A stretch of 64,000 bases of DNA, taken from a virus (lineage: Duplodnaviria; Caudoviricetes). Shown here one piece after another: positions 39,501 to 47,289 of this stretch. A program made the position numbers and the translations under genes. Each line of letters starts with the position of its first letter. Positions within the stretch are counted from its first letter, which is position 1. Below the pieces are notes generated by a model, which was not told where the DNA came from, searched no databases, and was given only the letters and a program-made list of their open reading frames with translations. Where the stretch lies: IMG/VR virus record IMGVR_UViG_3300027754_000035. One strand, 5' to 3'.

Positions 39501-39703
39501 GACCCAATATTATTTGCATTGACGAGGGATGGGGGACGTTAGATCAATCAAACATAGCATCTGTTGGTAACTTATTTACATATCTAAAACATCAATTTGA
39601 TTTCATTTGGATCATTTCACATTTAGATTCTATAAAAGACTCAGTTGACGTTTTGCTAGAGATTACGAAGGAGAATGGTTTCTCTAAAATTGTTTATAAA
39701 TGA
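36515..39703 (+). CDS. Fused Mre11/SbcD nuclease - Rad50/SbcC ATPase (gp47-gp46 fusion)
   Basis: SDIH, GDVFH, GNHD, GDIHK, YAGS (phosphoesterase), then APNASGKSS (Walker A), coiled coil with CEYC zinc hook, ASGMEK signature, IDEGWGTLD Walker B/D-loop, IISH. Confidence 0.92.
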   Translation: MIVLKNTDTKFDFAVQVSDIHIRLTKRHDEYTSVFDRFYGFLDKLGKNASAICVVTGDVFHNKSDLSPECVHIGIDFLKNCANRMPTILIAGNHDATLANKSRLDCLTPIVQGLNHPNLYYLKSSDVFRYENILFNHFSVFDEPDKYIKYDSIPPKYRHETEHHVALFHGPVNNAVTDVGYTVSNRAITNELFDGHQIVMLGDIHKHQILQEYDDANGKPVVVYAGSMIQQNHGEDLKGHGFLLWDLKRKMFKHYELANDYGFYTVEINKGKLLTDIKDLPKKARIRTKCFESIPSQVKDVMAELKQKCEILESTFIRVDEFDTNNSKVTHLLDIHNIFNVDYQNKLIEDSLTGKKVDAALIEKVKILNKTINTQIPKDKTPKNIRWKPKTFEFDNMFSYGEGNFIDFTQLRGTIGLFAPNASGKSSIMDALAFCVFDKFSKGYKAGHVLNTQKMTFKCKFNFEVSGVDYFIEREGKADKKGNVKVEVKFYKLENGNEVPLNGEARRSTNDIIRDYVGTYDDFILTVLSIQNSKTGSFVDLGQTERKDLLCQFMGLNVFDQLYNIANENFKETNTLLKSVSKDQLDADLVNISGSIDINQSNITSFNSELTVLEQTKDEHNNNLLQLSKNIVKLDSVKYVDIVGLEKNKIDYEEKVGKFQSDIVDNKTKMESIELQLSQLSSSLKLCENIETTYQEYKDVKKLEESKQHQIDRLKVVIKSKVDKLKKLEEHKYDPNCEYCINNVFVKDAIATKQDLENEKINAAIIIGEYNTLKAKVEAFGDIETTYQTCQSGNNEKIKLEKRREIINTSILRDENYLITLQNTLKATVDAIDNFYKNKDTIENNQMLLNQIDEHKAIIKDIESEIKSVNSKLFTASTEKGKLELQYKNTTEQLNKVKELEVSYEAYKLYTAVISRDGIPYEVITKTLPEIEKEVNNILSQIVEFTVTLTTDGKNIMSNIVYDDKRWPLEMASGMEKFVSGLAIRVALINISNLPRPNIICIDEGWGTLDQSNIASVGNLFTYLKHQFDFIWIISHLDSIKDSVDVLLEITKENGFSKIVYK

Positions 39704-39810
39704 TTAGAGTTCTTGAAGACAAAAAAAGAAAATGGGTATAGTAAGATAGATTTTCGGTAAGAAAAAATACAAGTTGATATAAATAGTTCACGGTTCCACT
39801 TTTTTGGCAA

Positions 39811-39818
39811 TATTTATA
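39811..39818 (+). promoter_or_regulatory. TATTTATA motif upstream of the sheath gene
   Basis: 61 nt before ATG 39872; this gene has an SD-like AAAGGA. Confidence 0.45.
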
Positions 39819-39871
39819 AAGTAAACATAACTATCCAAAGTTAGGGTTAACACTGAAAGGAATATAAACAT

Positions 39872-42800
39872 ATGCCAATACAAGAAGGTGGACGTTGGAG
39901 TCCAGAACAATCAATAGTATCTCCCGGCGTTTTTACCCGAGAGATTGATCAATCGGGCCTCGCCCAAGGCGTGGCCAACATCGGTGGTGCTATCGTGGCA
40001 CCATTTGCAGACGGTCCTGCATTTTTTCCAAGAATCGTCACCGACGTTGCAACATTAGAACAGGTGTTCGGTGTTGCTGACGGCGTTTATTACGGACCAT
40101 ACACCACCAAGGAATACTTGATTCAACAAGGCGTCGTAACAGTCGTTCGTGTTGGTGGTTTGACTGGTTATTGGCAAAAGAATCCGCTGGTGGTTTATGC
40201 ACAACCCGGCGCTTGGGCACGCAGCAGCGATATTGGTGCATTGACAACAGCATCGTTCATGTATTTGAACAGTGACAACTATACTGCAAATATTCAATAC
40301 GTTCACTCAAGTTCAGCATGGGTAATCCCTGCCGCTGGTACATCCGGTATTCCTACAGGCCCTGAGTCTGGTATCAGCGCAAGTATTAGTTTGACTACCA
40401 AGGCACAAGTAGTAAGTTTCCTTGGATCTTACTCATATTTGGCAAATATCAATAATTTGTCAGCATCGTTGTCAACAGCATTGACTGCAAGAAAATTGGT
40501 AAGTATTACTACCCTTAATGCATATGCCGCATTTAGCGCATCGGTTGTGGCAGGTAGCGGCAAGGTCGCCAAAAATGGTGGATCTTCTGATTATGCTCTG
40601 GCTGCGTTCGACGTGGAAAAATTCATTCCAAAAGGTGGTTTCTATGTGTCGGGGTCTGGTTTAGCTCAAGAAACTCGATCATTGAATTCAACACTCAATG
40701 GTGTGTGTACTGGTAACAATGCCGTTCGTAGTTGGCCCGCTAACTCTGGTTCGTATTTGACAGCATCAATCACAGTTTCGGATGGTCAAGTAACTTGGCC
40801 ATTTGTGTTTATTCTGTCAGCATATCCATCGGTCGCAAACACCACGGGATATACTTTCAATAAACTAGCAGGATCTATTAAGAATCTATTTGCGCCGGTA
40901 GTTGCGTATGATAATTCGTTTGTAAAGTTTAGTGGTAGCATCAGTGCTCGCTTTGGTGCTGCTGCACTGACCAGCAATTATCCAGCAAATTATGCTGGTA
41001 CTGGGTATTTGAGTGGTAGCCAACTATACGGTGGCAAGCAATTGAGTCTGGGAACTGTTGGTACTACCAATCGATTGGTTAGAAAATTCACAGCCCAAGG
41101 GCCTGGAAACACCAACTACAGTGGGTTTTTCTATATGTCATCAAGTGCTCAAGGTCAAAACACCGATGAAGCAACTCAAATTGCAACAGCAATCAACGAA
41201 AGCTCTGAAACTGTGTTTCGGTTGAGTTCTTCTAAGTTGAATATGGGTAGCACCACATCAGACATTACTTTGGCATATGACAAAGACACATTTGATGCAA
41301 CCAGCACACTGATTGTTCACAGCGCAAGTTTCGCAAGTGTACGTAGTGCCGCTACTTGCGGCGCAGCACTTCGCTTCTTGGGTATTGTATCAGGTGCATA
41401 CGGTCCATACGATGGTACATTCGTAGCCGATGCTAATGGAAGCGCAGATCCATGTAATCCTGCTGGTGACGGTCGTAAGAACATGGTGTTGGGTGTGTTG
41501 GCTAATACCCAAAATGCTTCAACTCAATTCGACAACAACTATGCGGTATATGGATTTGTGGACTCAACCGTGGCTCAATTGACAAGCTCTGTATATCCTT
41601 ACAAGGGCAACATCAATCCTACCGAAAACCAATATCAATTGGCTTTGCGTTACAACTTCACCGATCCGGATGGTAACACCACAGATGGTACATATGGTTA
41701 CTATGGTTTCAGCTTGAATGAGTCTGACAACAACTACATCAAGGATGTGTTTGGTGCCGATCCTACGGTTGGTAATCCATCAAAGCAAATCGCTGGACAG
41801 AAGGTAGAAGCAGCATACACCTACGTTTTGTTTGAAGACAGCATTCAACGTTTCTTGGCAGAAAAGACTCGTTCAACAGCTGAGGGTGGTGGTTGGAAAT
41901 TGCAAGTGGCAACCGCGCCTTCGTCTGGATTCAGCGTTGGTGAATCTATGAAATTCGTAGATCAATATTCATACGATCCAAACAGTGGTGATTCACAATT
42001 CGCAATCAGCAATGCATCAACACCTTGGATCTACAGTCAACAAATTGCTCCATTCAAGGGTAGTTCAGATGCATCTGCACACCCAGTCAAGTTCAAGTTG
42101 TTTAAGGTTCATACCTTGAGCGATGGTACATTGAGTAACCAAAAGTACAAGATCGAAATCAGCAACGTCAAGTTGGCTGGTACAGTTCCAGGTAGCAACT
42201 ATGGTACGTTTACACTCGCAGTTCGCTCATATAGCGATACTGATAAGCGTCCTAAGTATTTGGAAATCTACCAAAACTTGAACCTTGACCCAGACAGCGC
42301 AAACTTCGTGGCTCGCCGCATCGGTGACCGTTACGCATATATTACCTTCTCAGGTAAGATTGTGGAATACGGAACTTATGTAAACTTGAGCCGTAACATT
42401 CGTATTGAAATGACAGACACTGCTTACCCAGAGAGTATCGTTCCTTACGGATTTGAATCATATAGTAGCCCAGTCGATAGTACGTTGAGTACCTTCTTGC
42501 CAGCAGTTCGCTACAGCAAGGCTTCTATCTACGGTCTTGGACCCGGTAAGTATCCATCGGGTACTGTGTTTGGTGAAGTTCCAGAGGCAAGTGAAGAAAT
42601 TGCATATCTGTATCCTACCGCATCGTTTGGTGTTGGTGTAGATATTGATACCAAGCAATGGTTCAAGCCGCTGCCATACTACGGTGGTAATGATCAAAAC
42701 GGTGACAACATCGACTTTGATCTTGAAGCCAAGGTTTGGGGAACTGAAAACGCTCACTATTATGCTCAAGGTGTGGCCGCAAGCACGGGTTCACTCCTAG

Positions 42801-43864
42801 ATCCCGCATTGAGTGGTAGTATTCCAAGCACCTACGATCCAGTAAACGAATCAACCTACGTCAGACTGCGTAAGTTCGTAGTTGGTTTCCAAGGTGGTTT
42901 CGATGGTCAATGGCCTGCAATTCCAATCAATGTTGGAAGCGACATCACCGCCGGTAACACTCAAGGTCTTGATTGTACCTCAATCAAGAGCCCTGGTAGT
43001 ATCGGATACAAGCAATGTATTGCTGCTCTGAGTAACTCTGACGAGTGGGATATTAACTTGATTGCTCTACCAGGCATCTTCTGTGAACAACACAGCTATG
43101 TTACTAACTTGACAATTGACATGTGTACACAACGTGGTGATTGTTTCTACATCATGGATAACGTGGTGTTCCCAGCAAGTAACCAAAGCGTTGGATTGAT
43201 TGATGCTGCTATCAACAGCGTCGCAACAATCGACAGCAACTATGTTGCTACTTACTATCCTTGGATCAAGATTCTTGATACCAACTTGAACAAGGTAATC
43301 AGTGTACCTCCATCAGTGGTGTTACCTTCAATCTATGCAGCAAACGACAATTCTGCTGCTGAATGGTATGCTCCAGCAGGTTTGAACCGTGGTGGTATTC
43401 CACAAGCAGTTCAAGTACTTGATCGTTTGACTCATCAAGAGCGTGATCAATTGTATGAAGGTCGTGTTAACCCAATCGCAGCATTCCCAGGACAAGGCAT
43501 TGTAGTTTGGGGTCAAAAGACTCTACAAATTGCTCCAAGTGCATTGGATCGTGTGAATGTTCGCCGCTTGTTGATCAACTTGAAGAAGTTTATCGCAAGC
43601 TCAAGCAACTACTTGGTGTTTGAACAAAACGTTGCAGCAACACGCAATCGCTTCTTGGCAATTGTTAACCCATACTTGGAGAGTGTACAACAACGTAACG
43701 GTATCTATGCTTATCAAGTTAAGATGGATGCAGCTAACAACACTCCAGACTTGATCGATAGAAATATTCTATACGGTCAGATCTATATTCAACCAACTCG
43801 TACAGCAGAATTCATTATGTTGGACTTCAACATCATGCCGACTGGTGCGACTTTCTCAGCTTAA
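39872..43864 (+). CDS. gp18: Contractile tail sheath protein with large insertion
   Basis: SPGVFTREIDQS N-terminus; YYPWIKI, WYAPAGLNRGGI, LYEGRVNPI, WGQKTLQ..SALDRVNVRRLL, IQPTRTAEFI..DF C-terminus. Confidence 0.95.
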   Translation: MPIQEGGRWSPEQSIVSPGVFTREIDQSGLAQGVANIGGAIVAPFADGPAFFPRIVTDVATLEQVFGVADGVYYGPYTTKEYLIQQGVVTVVRVGGLTGYWQKNPLVVYAQPGAWARSSDIGALTTASFMYLNSDNYTANIQYVHSSSAWVIPAAGTSGIPTGPESGISASISLTTKAQVVSFLGSYSYLANINNLSASLSTALTARKLVSITTLNAYAAFSASVVAGSGKVAKNGGSSDYALAAFDVEKFIPKGGFYVSGSGLAQETRSLNSTLNGVCTGNNAVRSWPANSGSYLTASITVSDGQVTWPFVFILSAYPSVANTTGYTFNKLAGSIKNLFAPVVAYDNSFVKFSGSISARFGAAALTSNYPANYAGTGYLSGSQLYGGKQLSLGTVGTTNRLVRKFTAQGPGNTNYSGFFYMSSSAQGQNTDEATQIATAINESSETVFRLSSSKLNMGSTTSDITLAYDKDTFDATSTLIVHSASFASVRSAATCGAALRFLGIVSGAYGPYDGTFVADANGSADPCNPAGDGRKNMVLGVLANTQNASTQFDNNYAVYGFVDSTVAQLTSSVYPYKGNINPTENQYQLALRYNFTDPDGNTTDGTYGYYGFSLNESDNNYIKDVFGADPTVGNPSKQIAGQKVEAAYTYVLFEDSIQRFLAEKTRSTAEGGGWKLQVATAPSSGFSVGESMKFVDQYSYDPNSGDSQFAISNASTPWIYSQQIAPFKGSSDASAHPVKFKLFKVHTLSDGTLSNQKYKIEISNVKLAGTVPGSNYGTFTLAVRSYSDTDKRPKYLEIYQNLNLDPDSANFVARRIGDRYAYITFSGKIVEYGTYVNLSRNIRIEMTDTAYPESIVPYGFESYSSPVDSTLSTFLPAVRYSKASIYGLGPGKYPSGTVFGEVPEASEEIAYLYPTASFGVGVDIDTKQWFKPLPYYGGNDQNGDNIDFDLEAKVWGTENAHYYAQGVAASTGSLLDPALSGSIPSTYDPVNESTYVRLRKFVVGFQGGFDGQWPAIPINVGSDITAGNTQGLDCTSIKSPGSIGYKQCIAALSNSDEWDINLIALPGIFCEQHSYVTNLTIDMCTQRGDCFYIMDNVVFPASNQSVGLIDAAINSVATIDSNYVATYYPWIKILDTNLNKVISVPPSVVLPSIYAANDNSAAEWYAPAGLNRGGIPQAVQVLDRLTHQERDQLYEGRVNPIAAFPGQGIVVWGQKTLQIAPSALDRVNVRRLLINLKKFIASSSNYLVFEQNVAATRNRFLAIVNPYLESVQQRNGIYAYQVKMDAANNTPDLIDRNILYGQIYIQPTRTAEFIMLDFNIMPTGATFSA

Positions 43865-43882
43865 TACTGAGTTAGCTTAAAC

Positions 43883-43914
43883 AAAACCCCGCCCCTAAAA
43901 AGGCGGGGTTTTTT
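43883..43914 (+). terminator. Intrinsic terminator after the sheath gene
   Basis: AAAACCCCGCC-CCTAAAAA-GGCGGGGTTTTTT. Confidence 0.85.
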
Positions 43915-43971
43915 CTTTTATATTTTTGAAGTGTATGTTAATATGTATCTATTAGATAAGGAGTATTGTAT

Positions 43972-45477
43972 ATGACTGAACGAGGTAAAAAAATAAGAGA
44001 CGCATTTTTCAAAAAGTATGGTGTTTATCATCCATCTCAACTGCCTGAAGTTAAAGCTAAAATAAAGCAAAAACGAGAAAGTGGTGCGTATGACAACATG
44101 GTGAAAAAGATGAAGGACACTCTCAAAGAAAAATATGGAGATGAAAACTATAACAATGTAGAGAAGGGAAAACGCACCAAATTGGCGAAGTATGGGGATG
44201 AAAACTATAATAACCGAGATAAAATGACGCGGACCAACAATCAGAAATATGGAATGAATGTTTCGCCCAACACTCTTAAAAGAACTCAAGAACGTGCATC
44301 CAATGGAGATATTGGCTTCAAATCTGATCAATTTAAGCAGTATCTCAAAGATAATAATATAGAGAATGTGTCTCAATTGACGGACGTTAAAGAAAAAAAG
44401 AGACAAGAGATGATCAATCGTATGGTTACAAACATTTTTGAGGGTGGTCGCCTTAATAAGATTGTATTACCGATTTTTCAACGAGACGAATATACAGGAT
44501 GTGATTATGATAAGATGTATAAGTTTAAGTGTTGTAAATGCAACAATGAATTTCAAGATAATTTATACTCGGGAAATATTCCACGGTGTTTGAATTGTTA
44601 TCCTCACAATAGGTTTAAGTCATCAATAGAAACTGAGATCTTGGATTTCTTACAGTCACATAACATAGAAACAAAACACCATAATAGATCTATATTAAAT
44701 GGAGACGAAATTGATATATACGTACCATCCCTTAATTTTGCAATTGAATGTGATGGTGTTTATTGGCACAGTGAAATTGCTGGCGGCAAGAACAAACAGT
44801 ATCATCTTAGCAAAACATTGAGGTGTAATCAACAAAATATTCAATTGATGCATATATGGGATTGGGAATGGCGTTGTAAAAATTCTATAATTAAAAGTAT
44901 TTTGCTTAATAAGATGGGTAAGTCTACAAAAATTTATGCACGAAAATGTGTTGTTAAAGAAGTATCAAATGAAGATAAATCAAATTTTTTGGAAGACAAT
45001 CATATACAGGGAGACGATACGTCATCAATACGATTGGGGTTATATCATAACAACGCATTGGTTTCTATAATGACATTTGTCAAATCCAGATACGATAAAA
45101 AATATCAATACGAACTGTCTAGATATTGCAATTTATTGAACACAAATATCGTGGGAGGATCGTCTAAACTATTTACACATTTTATTAAAAATTATGATGC
45201 AAATTCAGTTGTGACTTACAGCGATAAACGTTTATTTACAGGAAAAGTTTATGCGGGGTTGGGTATGCGGGTGTTGAAAGATACTCCGTGTGGTTATCAT
45301 TATTTTCATAAAAATAACGGCGTTCCAATAAACAGAACTCATTTTCAAAAACACAAGCTTGATAAAACCTTGGAAAAATTTGATTGTGATTTGAGCGAGT
45401 GGCAGAATATGCAAATAAATGGTTATGATCGTATCTGGGACTGTGGTCACTTCAAGTACGAATGGCTGAGAATGTAA
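43972..45477 (+). CDS. Hef-like free-standing (homing) endonuclease: KYG repeats, Zn ribbon, PD-(D/E)xK/Vsr-like nuclease, C-terminal GNAT-like domain
   Basis: KKYGV / EKYGDEN / AKYGDEN / QKYG repeats; CCKC..CLNC; EIDIYVP...AIECDGVYWH; YELSRYC...TYSD...RIWDCG. Canonical SD AAGGAG at 43958; AT-rich. Confidence 0.75.
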   Translation: MTERGKKIRDAFFKKYGVYHPSQLPEVKAKIKQKRESGAYDNMVKKMKDTLKEKYGDENYNNVEKGKRTKLAKYGDENYNNRDKMTRTNNQKYGMNVSPNTLKRTQERASNGDIGFKSDQFKQYLKDNNIENVSQLTDVKEKKRQEMINRMVTNIFEGGRLNKIVLPIFQRDEYTGCDYDKMYKFKCCKCNNEFQDNLYSGNIPRCLNCYPHNRFKSSIETEILDFLQSHNIETKHHNRSILNGDEIDIYVPSLNFAIECDGVYWHSEIAGGKNKQYHLSKTLRCNQQNIQLMHIWDWEWRCKNSIIKSILLNKMGKSTKIYARKCVVKEVSNEDKSNFLEDNHIQGDDTSSIRLGLYHNNALVSIMTFVKSRYDKKYQYELSRYCNLLNTNIVGGSSKLFTHFIKNYDANSVVTYSDKRLFTGKVYAGLGMRVLKDTPCGYHYFHKNNGVPINRTHFQKHKLDKTLEKFDCDLSEWQNMQINGYDRIWDCGHFKYEWLRM

Positions 45478-45519
45478 TCTTTGGAGTTTAATCGTATTAA
45501 TATATTAATCTTGACCACA

Positions 45520-45548
45520 CCCCGCACCTAAAAAGGTGCGGGTTTTTT
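45520..45548 (+). terminator. Intrinsic terminator after the endonuclease gene
   Basis: CCCGCACC-TAAAAA-GGTGCGGG-TTTTTT. Confidence 0.85.
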
Positions 45549-45559
45549 GTTTTTCCATA

Positions 45560-45567
45560 TATTTATA
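45560..45567 (+). promoter_or_regulatory. TATTTATA motif (putative late promoter)
   Basis: Directly after the terminator and 12 nt before ATG 45572. Confidence 0.55.
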
Positions 45568-45571
45568 GATA

Positions 45572-46606
45572 ATGATCAAATTAAATATTCTCCTAAATGA
45601 AGTATTGAGTGAAGGTGGAGCGGGTGGTCACATGGACCATCCTTTTGACTTTGCTAGCAATGGCAAACAACTTGTCAATGTATTTGTAAAAACAATTGAT
45701 ACATTGAAAAAGGGTACCGGAAGTGTAAAAATTGATGGTGTCAATGCCAGCATTCGTTTAGCCAATGGACAATTTGTAATGGATCGTGGTAGTGCTAAAC
45801 CGTTTGATGTGCAGGGTATGCGACCATCCGATTTGGCAAAACGGTTTGAACCTGGACATGGATTCATAAAGATTGGTAGTAAGGTTATCAACATTTTTGA
45901 CGATGCAATTCCAAGTACACAATCAGAACTGCAACAACTTGGTCTATTGAATAATCCAAATATTCTATTGAATGTGGAATATGTTGAGGGGCAGACAAAT
46001 GTTGTGGGATATGGAGACATTGGAAACTTTTTAGCAATTCACGGACTCAAAGAAATCAAACCAAAAACCTTTGGTAAAACTGGACAAGTAAAAAGTCGTG
46101 TGGCAGTGGAAATTTCTTATGATAAAGATGTGATGCAAAGTTACATCAATAAGTTGAATATTGTTGCCAAGAAATATGGTTTCAAAGTATTGGGTAGTGT
46201 TGGCACAACATTCAAATCGGAGCCTAGTTTGTCAAAACCACTGAATGAAAAGATTACACTGTATCCAGACGGTCAACCAGTAACAAAGAGTCTCAACGAT
46301 TGGTTGAAAGCTGTTAAGATCGAAACTCCACTAATTACCCGTGAGCAGTTTATTGCGGCCAGAAAGAGCAAAAATATTGGTAAAGATTTTGTTGGTCAAG
46401 ATATTAAAAAGATTATCAACGATACTGTTGTGTATATTGCCACAATCAAATTGGGTGATGAAATTTTGAAAAATGCCACCAGTGAGATTGGTGATTTAGA
46501 AAAACACGAAGGTATTGTGATTCGTGATCCGAGCATTTATAGTAAACCATATAAAATAACTGGTAGCTTCATTATTAATGGACTTCAGAGTGGTTTTAGC
46601 AAATAA
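45572..46606 (+). CDS. ATP-dependent ligase-fold (RNA ligase-like) nucleotidyltransferase
   Basis: KIDG (motif I), LNVEYV (III), EGIVIR (IV), YKIT (V) in the correct order; no OB domain; N-terminal MIKLNILLNE tag. Confidence 0.55.
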   Translation: MIKLNILLNEVLSEGGAGGHMDHPFDFASNGKQLVNVFVKTIDTLKKGTGSVKIDGVNASIRLANGQFVMDRGSAKPFDVQGMRPSDLAKRFEPGHGFIKIGSKVINIFDDAIPSTQSELQQLGLLNNPNILLNVEYVEGQTNVVGYGDIGNFLAIHGLKEIKPKTFGKTGQVKSRVAVEISYDKDVMQSYINKLNIVAKKYGFKVLGSVGTTFKSEPSLSKPLNEKITLYPDGQPVTKSLNDWLKAVKIETPLITREQFIAARKSKNIGKDFVGQDIKKIINDTVVYIATIKLGDEILKNATSEIGDLEKHEGIVIRDPSIYSKPYKITGSFIINGLQSGFSK

Positions 46607-46644
46607 AACTGTTTTAGCAAATAAAACAAATACGTATTGGTGTT

Positions 46645-47289
46645 ATGAAAAGAGCGCAAAATAAAAGTAATCTCGAAATCATTAAAGACTATGTTGAGGG
46701 AAATAGACCATTTGTTCAAGTTGGTTATGATGTAAACCTGACAGACTCACAGCGTAGAGAAGGTGATCAGTGGGAAGATGGTCAAGGTAAGAAGTGGGTA
46801 ATGAAAGATGGACGCAGGCGACGAGTTCCAAAGGTTGCCAGATTTATCAATGAACAACGTTGTAAAGATTGTAATATGGATGTTCGTTGGGGCAATTATT
46901 TGGACGATCAAGTTTGGCCAAAAACACATTTTTGCTATGATTGTTTTATAAACAATGAAACTCGCATGAAACTTGATGGTACTTGGGAATATTTTGACAG
47001 GGCCCGAGATTTGCGCAATGAACGTAGTATTACAAGTGACTACAAAAAGAAATTTGATGAAACACTAAAGTGGTGTAATGACCACGAAAATAAGCCTCTG
47101 GAGTTTATCAACGAAGATGGTAGCATTGAAAAATGGGAGGGTGTTGGTAGTGATATTGAAAAAATCCGTGCGGATGTATCCAAAGATCTAGAGTTTATAA
47201 ATGCGAGATTGGCGGAAATAGACGGTATTATAGCGGATTGTGAGGCAAAATATGAGTCAGCAAAACTACAGAGATCTAATAAAGGCTGA
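46645..47289 (+). CDS. Hypothetical protein upstream of terminase, with CxxC...H.CxxC
   Basis: RCKDCNM...THFCYDC; overlaps the terminase start. Confidence 0.7.
   Translation: MKRAQNKSNLEIIKDYVEGNRPFVQVGYDVNLTDSQRREGDQWEDGQGKKWVMKDGRRRRVPKVARFINEQRCKDCNMDVRWGNYLDDQVWPKTHFCYDCFINNETRMKLDGTWEYFDRARDLRNERSITSDYKKKFDETLKWCNDHENKPLEFINEDGSIEKWEGVGSDIEKIRADVSKDLEFINARLAEIDGIIADCEAKYESAKLQRSNKG

Noticed and set aside
39778-39785. Canonical T4 late promoter TATAAATA on the sense strand (also 55014-55021)
   Set aside because: Only two sense-strand cases noticed against 13 of the reverse-complement form; the one at 55014 sits in the SD-ATG spacer. Not excluded, but not the dominant motif.
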